64,000 bases of DNA from Thermodesulfobacteriota bacterium (lineage in GTDB: Bacteria; Desulfobacterota; Desulfarculia; JACQYL01), in NCBI GenBank assembly GCA_963675595.2, contig CAXXLZ010000002.1, forward strand, positions 2,816,001 through 2,880,000, read 5' to 3'. This document shows positions 39,148-47,925 of the stretch, piece by piece. The first letter of the stretch is position 1. Each line of letters starts with the position of its first letter. A program made the translations under genes and the position numbers. Below the pieces are notes generated by a model. The model was not told the DNA's origin and made no database searches. It saw only the letters and a list, made by a program, of their open reading frames with translations.

Positions 39148-41013
39148 CTACGCGCATTCAATGGCTTGTTGACGGCATACGTGAACGCACACGCCGCATC
39201 CGGAACATAAGCGCTCGTTGATCCGGACCTTCTTCTCCTCGCCGGGAACCAGTTCGAAGGCGGGGCATTCGAACCGTTGCATGCAAAGCAAGCAACCATT
39301 GCAGGCGTCCGTCACGGTGACGGTCTTCTTTTCCAGACCGTCGCGGTAGGCAATGACGCAGGGATGCTCCGCGATCAGGACGGACACGCCTCCCTCGACG
39401 GCGATCTCACCGGCACGATCCAGCGCCTTCATGAACCCGGGGAGGTCATAGGGATCATGGGTAATCACCGAATCCACCCCGCAACCTCGCACCAAACGCT
39501 CCAACGGAATCACCCCCCCGGGACTTCCGTCGGCCCGAATTCCCAAGCCGGGCGTCGGCTGCATCCCGGTCATGGCGGTGGTCTTGTTGTCCAGTATGAC
39601 CAGCAGCAAATGAGCCTGATTGTATACCGCGTTGATCAAAGCGGTAACGCCGGAATGATAGAACGTGGAATCTCCCATGGTGGCCACGATCATCTTTTCC
39701 CGCCCGTCCTGGTGGTATGCCTGGTAGAACCCGCTCCCCAGGGTCAGCCCGGCGCCCATGTCCAACACCGTGTCCACGGCTCCGAGGTTCAACCCCAGCG
39801 TGTAGCAGCCGATGTCCGAGGTGTAGATCGCTTTGGGGAACCGTTTCCGTATGGAGTAGAACGCCGCCCGATGGGGGCAGCCGGGGCACAGGGTCGGCCT
39901 GCGCGGCACTGGGCCCACCTGTTTGAGCAACGCCGCTTCCTTTTCATCCATGACCGGAGCCAGAGAAGGCCCGCCCACGTCGGAGAAAAATCTCGACATA
40001 CAATCGTAGATCACCTCGGGAACGAGTTCCCCTTCCTTGGGCACGTGGCCGGTGTTGCGACCCCGTACGTGTGGAAAAGCCTCAAGAATCAACTCGAGCA
40101 TGGCCCCGGTTTCTTCAACCACCAGGACATGATCGCAGCGTGTGCAGAAATCGTTCAGCAACTCCCTCGGATAGGGATGCGGCATTCCCACTTTCAGCAC
40201 CGGTACGCTCTCGTTGCCCGTGTCCGACAGAATATCCAGAACGGAAACATAGGGCACTCCCCCGGCAATGATGCCCACGGGACTTCGTCCGGCGGCCTCC
40301 ATGGGATTCTTGTTGAATCCCTGGGACCACTTGGGCTCGTGGACGATGCCGTCCAGCTTACCGTTCAGTTCTTTGTGCAACAGGTATCGAAACTTTGGTG
40401 TGGCGGCCCATCGCATGGGGTCTTTGCGAAAATCGGCAACAGCGGCGCCCGATGCAATGGGCCGCTGGAGAATATCCTGTTTGGCGTGACATACCCGGAT
40501 GGCCGGTCTCAATATCACCGGAATCTTCTCGGCCTCGGAAAGCTCAAAGGCCGCGGCGATCATGTCTACGGCCTCTTCCGGTGTGGACGGATCGTACACC
40601 GGGACCTTGGCGAAAAGCCCCATGAGTCGCGTGTCCTGCTCCGTTTGCGATGAATGGGGTCCCGGGTCGTCACAGGAAACCACCACAAAACCTCCCACCG
40701 TACCCAAATACGCCGCGCTCATCAGAGAGTCGCAGGCAACGTTGAGGCCCACCTGCTTCATCACGCACGCGGCCCTCTTACCGGACAAAGCCGCCGCATA
40801 GGCGTTGTCGAAGGCCACTTTCTCGTTGACGGACCATTCCAGGTAGGTGTCCAGCCCGTATTCTCTTTTCAGTTCCAGAGCGGCGGGCAGAATCTCCGAG
40901 CTCGGAGTTCCGGGATAGGAACAGATCACCCGGCATCCGGCTTCCAACAATCCTCTCGCCACGGCCTCGTTTCCCAACATGACACGCCGCTGCACCGGCG
41001 GACTTTCCACCAT
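39148..41013 (-). CDS. iorA: indolepyruvate:ferredoxin oxidoreductase alpha subunit
   Basis: GNEAVARG, YPGTPSSE, NEKVA, LCPGCPHR, SDIGCY, GDSTF, TAMTG, C-terminal 2x[4Fe-4S]. Confidence 0.95.
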   Translation of the reverse strand: MVESPPVQRRVMLGNEAVARGLLEAGCRVICSYPGTPSSEILPAALELKREYGLDTYLEWSVNEKVAFDNAYAAALSGKRAACVMKQVGLNVACDSLMSAAYLGTVGGFVVVSCDDPGPHSSQTEQDTRLMGLFAKVPVYDPSTPEEAVDMIAAAFELSEAEKIPVILRPAIRVCHAKQDILQRPIASGAAVADFRKDPMRWAATPKFRYLLHKELNGKLDGIVHEPKWSQGFNKNPMEAAGRSPVGIIAGGVPYVSVLDILSDTGNESVPVLKVGMPHPYPRELLNDFCTRCDHVLVVEETGAMLELILEAFPHVRGRNTGHVPKEGELVPEVIYDCMSRFFSDVGGPSLAPVMDEKEAALLKQVGPVPRRPTLCPGCPHRAAFYSIRKRFPKAIYTSDIGCYTLGLNLGAVDTVLDMGAGLTLGSGFYQAYHQDGREKMIVATMGDSTFYHSGVTALINAVYNQAHLLLVILDNKTTAMTGMQPTPGLGIRADGSPGGVIPLERLVRGCGVDSVITHDPYDLPGFMKALDRAGEIAVEGGVSVLIAEHPCVIAYRDGLEKKTVTVTDACNGCLLCMQRFECPAFELVPGEEKKVRINERLCSGCGVCVHVCRQQAIECA

Positions 41014-41212
41014 GGGTTGTTCTCCTTAAAGTAGTATTCGATCCAAAACGTTATAATTAACTCGACTCGAACCATGGTTGCAACCGCGGAATGGGCAAAT
41101 CAGCGTGTCGCTCTCCGCCTCCGGCGTCCTTGCCCGAACCTGATCATTACCTCGAAAGAGATGATACACACGGCGGAAACAGGCCGGGCACTAGCTGATC
41201 GATATTTGGAAT

Positions 41213-41241
41213 TTGACAAATCATGCCGGCCAATTCATGAT
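41213..41241 (+). promoter_or_regulatory. putative sigma-70 promoter
   Basis: TTGACA-17nt-CATGAT, ~350 nt upstream of the URO-D family gene. Confidence 0.45.
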
Positions 41242-41593
41242 GTTCCACAAAGCGTGGAAGTATATGGCGACCTACCTCTCCAAATATCTCTGATCGGGTT
41301 CACCCATCCGCCGTGTCGGAAGATCCGTCCCTGTTTCTCCTCTTTGTTCGAGGTTCCGGGTATGCGATAATCCGGCGGTCGGAGTCGAAAAGACGCCGTG
41401 GGCGAGATCGGCTTGAGGACCATCGGCACCTTGCCCCTTGGGCCTTCCAAGCTTCAGGGATGAACCGAGGGTTCATTAGGGCGATGCCGTCTTACCGCAA
41501 ACGCCGAGGAGAAAGGGACGAATACCCCGAGGTTTGAGGCGCGCCGGCGAATCCGCGTTGTCCGGCGCCGGCTTTGTTGAAGGGAGACAAGAG

Positions 41594-42634
41594 ATGGCGA
41601 AGCAGCTGTTGATCGATGCGTACAGGGGTAAACGAACTCGAAAAGCACCATGGGTACCCTATTCCGGCGTGCACGGCGCTTTCCTCATCGGGGAACCCGC
41701 AGACAAGTACCTGCGCGACCCGGGTCTGCTGGCCAAAGGCGTGGTTGAAGCGGCTTCGCGGTACAAGGCGGATGGGATACCCCTAAGCTTCGATCTATCC
41801 GTTGAAGCCGATTCCATGGGGTGCGGCATCAAATGGTGGCCGGACAACGTCCCCAATGTTACGACCCATCCCTGCGCCCAATGCACCGTGGAAGAAGCCG
41901 GTTTGGAGATTCCCGGCCCGGAGGACGGCAGATGGCCGGTGATCGTCGAGGCCGCCAAGCTGGCCAAACCGCAACTTGAAGAGATGGACTGCGCCATGCT
42001 GGGTCTGCTGTGCGGCCCCTTGACTCTCGCCGCTCATCTGAAGGGAGTCAAGATTCTCAACGACGTTTACAAGGATAAGGCCTCGGCCCATGACGTGTGC
42101 CGATTCGCCGGCCTGGTCGGAGCGAGGAGCGCGGAAATCTACCGGGATATCGGCTGCGACGTCATCTGCATCGTGGATCCGGTGGCCTCACAGATCAACG
42201 AACAAGCATTCAAAGACTACGTAGCCGTCAATGTGCAGCCGGCCGTCAAGGTCATACACGACGCCGGGCTGACCTCCTGTTTCTTCGTGTGCGGCGATTG
42301 CACCAAGATCCTGCATTCCGTCGCCCAAATCGGTACCCATGCTTTTGCCGTGGACGAGCAGTTGAACCTGACCTACGTGCGGGATGTGGCTTTGAAACAC
42401 GGTGTCGGTTTCGGGGGAAATCTCAAGTTGACCCTCGCCCTGTCGCTCGGTCTCGTTTCTCCCCGAGAAGACACGCTGATCAACCTCGCCGCGGGCGGGG
42501 CCACCGGATTCGTCTTGGCGCCGGGTTGCGACATGCCTTTCGATGTTCCCATGGAACACATGAACCAGGTTCTGAGCGCCAGGGACTGGTTCGAAGAGTA
42601 CTACGCACCCTACCCGAAAGGGGCGCGAGTCTGA
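41594..42634 (+). CDS. uroporphyrinogen decarboxylase / MtaA-CmuA methyltransferase superfamily protein
   Basis: PWVPYSGVH, FDLSVEA, GPLTLA, VDPVASQI, FVCGD, GGNL, LAPGCD. Confidence 0.8.
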   Translation: MAKQLLIDAYRGKRTRKAPWVPYSGVHGAFLIGEPADKYLRDPGLLAKGVVEAASRYKADGIPLSFDLSVEADSMGCGIKWWPDNVPNVTTHPCAQCTVEEAGLEIPGPEDGRWPVIVEAAKLAKPQLEEMDCAMLGLLCGPLTLAAHLKGVKILNDVYKDKASAHDVCRFAGLVGARSAEIYRDIGCDVICIVDPVASQINEQAFKDYVAVNVQPAVKVIHDAGLTSCFFVCGDCTKILHSVAQIGTHAFAVDEQLNLTYVRDVALKHGVGFGGNLKLTLALSLGLVSPREDTLINLAAGGATGFVLAPGCDMPFDVPMEHMNQVLSARDWFEEYYAPYPKGARV

Positions 42635-43127
42635 CCACCGCATGAGTCGAATTCGGATTCAAGCTGATGTAAGCCAAGTCTGAAGCCGGGTTCGGCCGGA
42701 TGGATCTTCGGCACGGGCGGCGGGTAATTTCGGACTCTCCAGCGATGGGCTTGGTTTCGTTCCGGCGGGAAAAATCCCTCCGCTCCGGATGCCGGAGACT
42801 GCGATTCTTCCATTTCAGCGCATTCCGATTCCATTCCGATTTCATTTCCCGCCTGTGATTGCGCTTTTTTATTTTGAAGATTGTTCTTTTTTATTGTAGA
42901 GAAATAAATCACATGGTCCAAAGGATTCGGCAAGGCCCTTCATGCGCCTCCTCCCTCCTTTCACGTGACGACTCATCGAGAGCCCGCCCGGGATCGGTGG
43001 AATGCGCGTCCGTAAAGCAGTCTGAATCGAGGATATCTCCATTCTCCCCTGTTTCCGGACGATTGCGGCGGTCTTACAGGCCAACGGCTCGATGGGTCCG
43101 TATTCGGGGGCTGAAGAGGGAGTTACC

Positions 43128-43559
43128 ATGCATGACGGGTTTGAGCCATCCATTCTGGCCTTTTGCTGCCGGCAGTGTTCGTATGCCGCCGCCGACTTGG
43201 CCGGAGCCATGCGTTTGCAGTACCCGCCCCAGGTTAAGATACTCCAGGTTCCCTGCACGGGTCGGGTGGAGATCGTGCACGTTTTGGAGGCCTTGCATCA
43301 AGGCGCGGACGGAGTCTTCCTGTCCGGATGTTTGCTCGGCGACTGTCACTACCAACAAGGCAACCACCGGGCGGCCAAGCGGGTATCCCGCATCAAAGAG
43401 ATTCTCGGGCAAATCGGAGTCGAGCCCGAGCGCGTCGAAATTTTTTTTAACTCAGCCGGTATGGGAGCCGGATTCGCCGAAACCTGCCGGGAATTCGCGG
43501 AGCGAATCAGCCGACTCGGCCCGCTCAAGCATGGTGAATCCCGGGAACCGGCCTCCTAG
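43128..43559 (+). CDS. mvhD: MvhD/FlpD-type [2Fe-2S] subunit
   Basis: AFCCRQCSYAAADLAG, VPCTGRV, GADGV, GCLLGDCHY..GN, LGP. Confidence 0.9.
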   Translation: MHDGFEPSILAFCCRQCSYAAADLAGAMRLQYPPQVKILQVPCTGRVEIVHVLEALHQGADGVFLSGCLLGDCHYQQGNHRAAKRVSRIKEILGQIGVEPERVEIFFNSAGMGAGFAETCREFAERISRLGPLKHGESREPAS

Positions 43560-43627
43560 AGTCTACGTGGACAATTTCGCTTCCGCGGATTGAAAACCAG
43601 GCCCCTCACTCGGGGTAAAAAAGGAGA

Positions 43628-44959
43628 ATGACCATGGCAGATTCCATCGCCATCAAAGCGCTGCCTGATGAGGTGAAAGACAAACTGGCCTCTTTGAACC
43701 TCAACCTCTGCTACACCTGCGGAACCTGTTCCAGCGGTTGTCCCATCACGGGCAATCCGGGCATGGAAGGATGGGACACGCGAAAAGTGATTCGCATGCT
43801 GGTATTCGGCATGCTGGACGAGGTTGTGGAGTCTAAGTTCCCGTGGCTCTGTACCGGATGCGGCCGATGTTCCCTCTCATGTCCCATGGATTTGGACATG
43901 CCGGCCATCATGGGCTACTTGAAACATCTCCGACCGCGGGACAAGGTGCCGGGAATTCTCCATAAGGGCGTCGAGCAGGTTCTCAAGTCCGGTAACAACA
44001 TGGGCATCCCCAAGGACGACTATCTCATGAGCATGGCCGACATGGGCGTCGAGATGGCGGATGAGGGTTTTCCCGGATTCTACGTGCCGGTGGACAAGGA
44101 AGGCGCGGAGGTCATGTTCCTTCCCAATTCCAAAGAAGTGTTCGCGGATTATGAAGACCAGAAATGGTGGTGGAAGATATTCTACGCCGCCAAGGAAAAC
44201 TGGACCATTCCATCGGAAAACTGGGAAGCCGTGGATTGGGGGCTGTTCACCGGAAATTACGAAGCCACTCAGATTCTCGCCCAGCGCAAGATGGATCATA
44301 TGCGCAAATTCAACATCAAACGGATGATCATGCCCGACTGTGGTGGAGGTTCCTACGGCTGTCGCATGGGCATGAAGATGTGCGCAATGGATGATCCCAC
44401 CAATACGGTCAACTATGTCTACCTGTACGAATACCTTGTCGACCTTCTCAAGTCCGGCCGAATCAAGGTGGACAAGAGCGTGAACGAGGGCAAGATCTTC
44501 ACCTTCCATGATTCCTGCAAGCACGGTCGGGAGGTCGAGAGGCATTACGGCCACGGATTCTTCGAAGAACCCCGTTGGATCGTACAGCAGTGCGTGGACC
44601 AGTACGTGGAAATGGAGCCCAACCGCATGCTTTCCTATTGCTGCGGCGCGGGCGGCGGTAACTGGCCCGGTCCCTATGTCGACGACGCTGCGTGGCACGG
44701 TCGGAAGAAGTACGAATCCATCAAGAATTCCGGCGCCAACGTCGTGGTGCTCGGCTGCTCCAATTGCCACGACCAGCTCATGAAACGCATTCCCAAGTTC
44801 TACGAGGACTACGAGTACGAAGTGAAATACATCTGGGAACTCGTTGCGGACAGCCTGGTGGTGGAGCCTTGGACCGACGAGGAAATCGCCCGCGGAGAAG
44901 AAGAAGCCAAGGTTCAGTGGGAAGGCTTTGGGATTGATCTTGACGATATGGAGTATTGA
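43628..44959 (+). CDS. HdrD-like heterodisulfide reductase-related Fe-S protein (2x[4Fe-4S] + CCG domain)
   Basis: CYTCGTCSSGCP, CTGCGRCSLSCP, HDSC, CCGAGGG, CSNC. Confidence 0.85.
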   Translation: MTMADSIAIKALPDEVKDKLASLNLNLCYTCGTCSSGCPITGNPGMEGWDTRKVIRMLVFGMLDEVVESKFPWLCTGCGRCSLSCPMDLDMPAIMGYLKHLRPRDKVPGILHKGVEQVLKSGNNMGIPKDDYLMSMADMGVEMADEGFPGFYVPVDKEGAEVMFLPNSKEVFADYEDQKWWWKIFYAAKENWTIPSENWEAVDWGLFTGNYEATQILAQRKMDHMRKFNIKRMIMPDCGGGSYGCRMGMKMCAMDDPTNTVNYVYLYEYLVDLLKSGRIKVDKSVNEGKIFTFHDSCKHGREVERHYGHGFFEEPRWIVQQCVDQYVEMEPNRMLSYCCGAGGGNWPGPYVDDAAWHGRKKYESIKNSGANVVVLGCSNCHDQLMKRIPKFYEDYEYEVKYIWELVADSLVVEPWTDEEIARGEEEAKVQWEGFGIDLDDMEY

Positions 44960-45097
44960 TAGTATTGATCCGGGATAGACCACGGCGGAAATCTCCCTCG
45001 CCGTCCACCCACGGCACGCCCTTTCGGTTCGGGGGTCCAACGTCCGTGCGGCGCGGCGCGGGAAGTTTTTCCGCGGAACCATCCCGGAGGACACATT

Positions 45098-45592
45098 ATG
45101 ATCGTCGCCATTCTCAGAACCCCGACGTTCGAGAAGAGCATCGACTCTCTCAGGAAAGCGGGCGGACTGGGACCTGAAGTGGCGGACCACGCCGAAGGCA
45201 TCATCGGGCGGCTGGTGGAAGAAGGAAGGACCCAACTCGCGGAAGCCGGCCGCCTGACCCGCTACGGAGAAAACCGAGTCAAGAACTGCCTCAAGTTCGA
45301 CCTCAAGTACGGCTACCGACTGGTGTGCATGAAGGAGGATGACCGGCTGATCCTGCTGTTCATCGGAGATCACGAGGAAGTGGACCGATGGGCCAGGAAC
45401 TCTCGAGGCAAAGTTCTCTTTCGTGAAGAAAAGGTCGTCGAGGTGCCCCTCGCCCTGGAAGCCGACCAGGAGGACGAGGGAGAACCCGACGGGGATCCGG
45501 AAGAGGACGCCGACATGCTCCAGACCGCTCACATCGACGACGCGGTTCTCAGAGAAGTCTTCAAAGGCCTGTGCGGAGGCGCGGGCGGATAA
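45098..45592 (+). CDS. hypothetical protein, RelE/ParE-like fold with acidic tail
   Basis: GGAGG RBS; TPTFEKSI, KFDLKYGYRLVC, LLFIGDHEEVDRW; D/E-rich C-terminus. Confidence 0.6.
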   Translation: MIVAILRTPTFEKSIDSLRKAGGLGPEVADHAEGIIGRLVEEGRTQLAEAGRLTRYGENRVKNCLKFDLKYGYRLVCMKEDDRLILLFIGDHEEVDRWARNSRGKVLFREEKVVEVPLALEADQEDEGEPDGDPEEDADMLQTAHIDDAVLREVFKGLCGGAGG

Positions 45593-45634
45593 GCCGGGTT
45601 GACTTGACGACTGCTCCGGGTGGAAACTATCCGG

Positions 45635-46822
45635 ATGTCCACACATCGACGCATTCTGTTTATCCTGTTCTGCGCGGTATTCTGCGTGACTCTGGGGGTG
45701 GGGCTCATCGCCCCCCTCCTTCCCCTTTACGCCCAAAGTCTCGGCGCGAGCGGCTTCTTCATCGGGCTCATTTTCGGCGCCTTTTCCATCACTCGAAGCA
45801 TTTTTCTCCCCGTGTTCGGCGGTCTTTCCGACCACCACGGCAGAAAACCGTTCCTGCTGGGCGGTCTGGGGGGCTACTGTATCGTGGCGGCCCTCTTCGC
45901 CCATGCGGACAACGTTCTCACCCTGGTACTTCTCAGGCTTCTACAGGGATTCGGGTCCGCCATGATCCTTCCCGTGGCTCAGGCCTACATTGCGGACATC
46001 ACTCCGGAAGCTCGGGAAGGCAAAATGATGGGCTTCCTCAACATGGCCCTTTTCGGCGGACTGGCCGCCGGTCCTCTGGTGGGAGGCGTGATCAGCGACG
46101 CGGCCGGCATCCAGGCGTCCTTCTACACCATGTGCGGCCTGAGTTGCGTCGGTTTCACCCTCTGCGCCCTGGGCCTACCCCGGGAAGACCGGGACCCGCT
46201 GCGCGCGAGCAGGGAACGCAAATCCACCTCCTTTGAACTGCTCAAGAATCCCGTGGTCCTCTGTCTGTGCGTCTACCGGTTCACCTTCACCGTCTGCCTG
46301 GGCATCATCTGGGCGTTCCTGCCCCTTTGGGCCAGCCTGCGGGCGGACCTGAGCAGCTCCGCCATCGGACTCCTCGTGTCCCTCAACGTGGGCCTCCCCG
46401 TGATCCTGTCCACACCCATGGGAGCCCTGGCGGACCGTCGATCCAAAAAGCTCATGATGGTGGGCAGCGGCATTCTGTCCGTGGCCGCTCTGCTGTGTTT
46501 CGCCGGAGCCCGGACGTTCGCCGGCTTCCTGGCGGCCAACGCGCTGTTCGGCCTGGCGGCGGGGATTTCCTCTCCGGCCTTCTTGGCCGCGGCCGTTATC
46601 GCCGGACGAGGCACGGGTTCCATGGGAACCCTCATGGGCCTCCTGGCCATGGCCCACAGCACCGGCATGTTCTGCGGCCCCATTATCTCCGGCTTTTTCA
46701 TGGACCGGATATCCTCGGAACGCGTGTTCGAAGCCGCCGCCGTGGTGGCCGCCCTGGGCACCCTGATCCTGTTTCGCTACGGCCGATGGCAGGAAGCCAA
46801 GGTCAAGTCGGCGGGGGCGTGA
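45635..46822 (+). CDS. MFS transporter (DHA1-like)
   Basis: GGLSDHHGRK motif A, LRLLQGFG, GPLVGG; ~12 TM. Confidence 0.9.
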   Translation: MSTHRRILFILFCAVFCVTLGVGLIAPLLPLYAQSLGASGFFIGLIFGAFSITRSIFLPVFGGLSDHHGRKPFLLGGLGGYCIVAALFAHADNVLTLVLLRLLQGFGSAMILPVAQAYIADITPEAREGKMMGFLNMALFGGLAAGPLVGGVISDAAGIQASFYTMCGLSCVGFTLCALGLPREDRDPLRASRERKSTSFELLKNPVVLCLCVYRFTFTVCLGIIWAFLPLWASLRADLSSSAIGLLVSLNVGLPVILSTPMGALADRRSKKLMMVGSGILSVAALLCFAGARTFAGFLAANALFGLAAGISSPAFLAAAVIAGRGTGSMGTLMGLLAMAHSTGMFCGPIISGFFMDRISSERVFEAAAVVAALGTLILFRYGRWQEAKVKSAGA

Positions 46823-46896
46823 GAAGCGGGCTTGGGAGACGCTGGAAGCGAAAGACTCCGGGGCGCTTCGACTGGAGAATGGACGGAATCGTCAGC

Positions 46897-47808
46897 CTAC
46901 TCGTCCAGGAAATAGTCCGAATCCACCTTCTTGACTTCGTATGCGGCGACCAATCCCACACCGAGATTGAAGTCGATCATGTATTGAGCGAGTTGCTTCC
47001 CGTCAATCAGGATGATCCTGCTTTCGATGTGGGAGACAAAATCTAGCGCCTCTCCTGAAAAGGAGGACGTGGTGATCATGACCCCTTTTCGCGCCCGTTG
47101 GCCTTGGAGAGCCCCTGCGAATTTCTGTACTTCGGGACGGCCGACGTTATTCTCCCAACGTTTGGCTTGGATGTAGATGTTGTCCAGACCCAAATGATCT
47201 TCTTTGATAATGCCGTCGATCCCTTCGTCCCCGGTCCCTCCAACAGCTTTGCCGGCATCCCGGCGCGATCCCCCGTATCCCATCTTTACCAACAGCTCCA
47301 CCACCAGTTTTTCAAATAATCGGGCAGACGCGGTCTTGACCTGCTGGAGAATCTCGGCGGCCAAATCCTCCCGCAGACGTTGATAGGCATCTTCCAGAGC
47401 CTCTTGGGGGGTGGTGTCTTCACAAACGGGTGTCTCAGGAACCTCCTGGGTTTCCTTCTTGACTTTTCGTGATCGGAACTCCCTGAATTCGGAGAACCGT
47501 TCAAGATATCGGGCGTCCAGGGTCGTGGGACTTTCGCCCAACACGGAAACTCCTCTTGCCGTGATCCTGAAATATCCCCGGCGGGTGCTCTCCAGCAAAA
47601 CGGCTTTCCTCAAGTAGGTGGAGGCCCAGGCCACACGGTTGTTGAAGACCTCTTGTTGCCCGCTTGGTAGGAGTTCCCGTCTCTCGTCCGGAGTAAGATC
47701 GAACCGCTGAGCGAGGAGGTCGACGGCCTCGCGCAAGGAGTGCTCCTTCCCATCAGCCGCGAATCCGAGCAAAGGCAGCAGCAAACTTTGGTAATCGGGA
47801 ATCGACAT
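46897..47808 (-). CDS. mrr: Mrr type IV restriction endonuclease
   Basis: MSIPDYQSLLLPLL, NRVAWASTYL, GDEGIDGII, IYIQAKRW, ITTSSFS, LIDG. Confidence 0.93.
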   Translation of the reverse strand: MSIPDYQSLLLPLLGFAADGKEHSLREAVDLLAQRFDLTPDERRELLPSGQQEVFNNRVAWASTYLRKAVLLESTRRGYFRITARGVSVLGESPTTLDARYLERFSEFREFRSRKVKKETQEVPETPVCEDTTPQEALEDAYQRLREDLAAEILQQVKTASARLFEKLVVELLVKMGYGGSRRDAGKAVGGTGDEGIDGIIKEDHLGLDNIYIQAKRWENNVGRPEVQKFAGALQGQRARKGVMITTSSFSGEALDFVSHIESRIILIDGKQLAQYMIDFNLGVGLVAAYEVKKVDSDYFLDE

Positions 47809-47925
47809 AAGAAGTGGCTCCTTTTGCCGGTTGCTTTTTCTCGGCTCTTGAATGGCCCTGATCAGAATTTCGAGCCGTCACATCCGCAGAGGAGGGTAAA
47901 CGACAGCCGATATATGTGGGCGTAG

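Noticed and set aside
42800-42850. Short CATTCCGATT-like tandem repeats upstream of mvhD
   Set aside because: Only 2-3 degenerate 10-11-nt copies without spacers; not CRISPR, no supportable function
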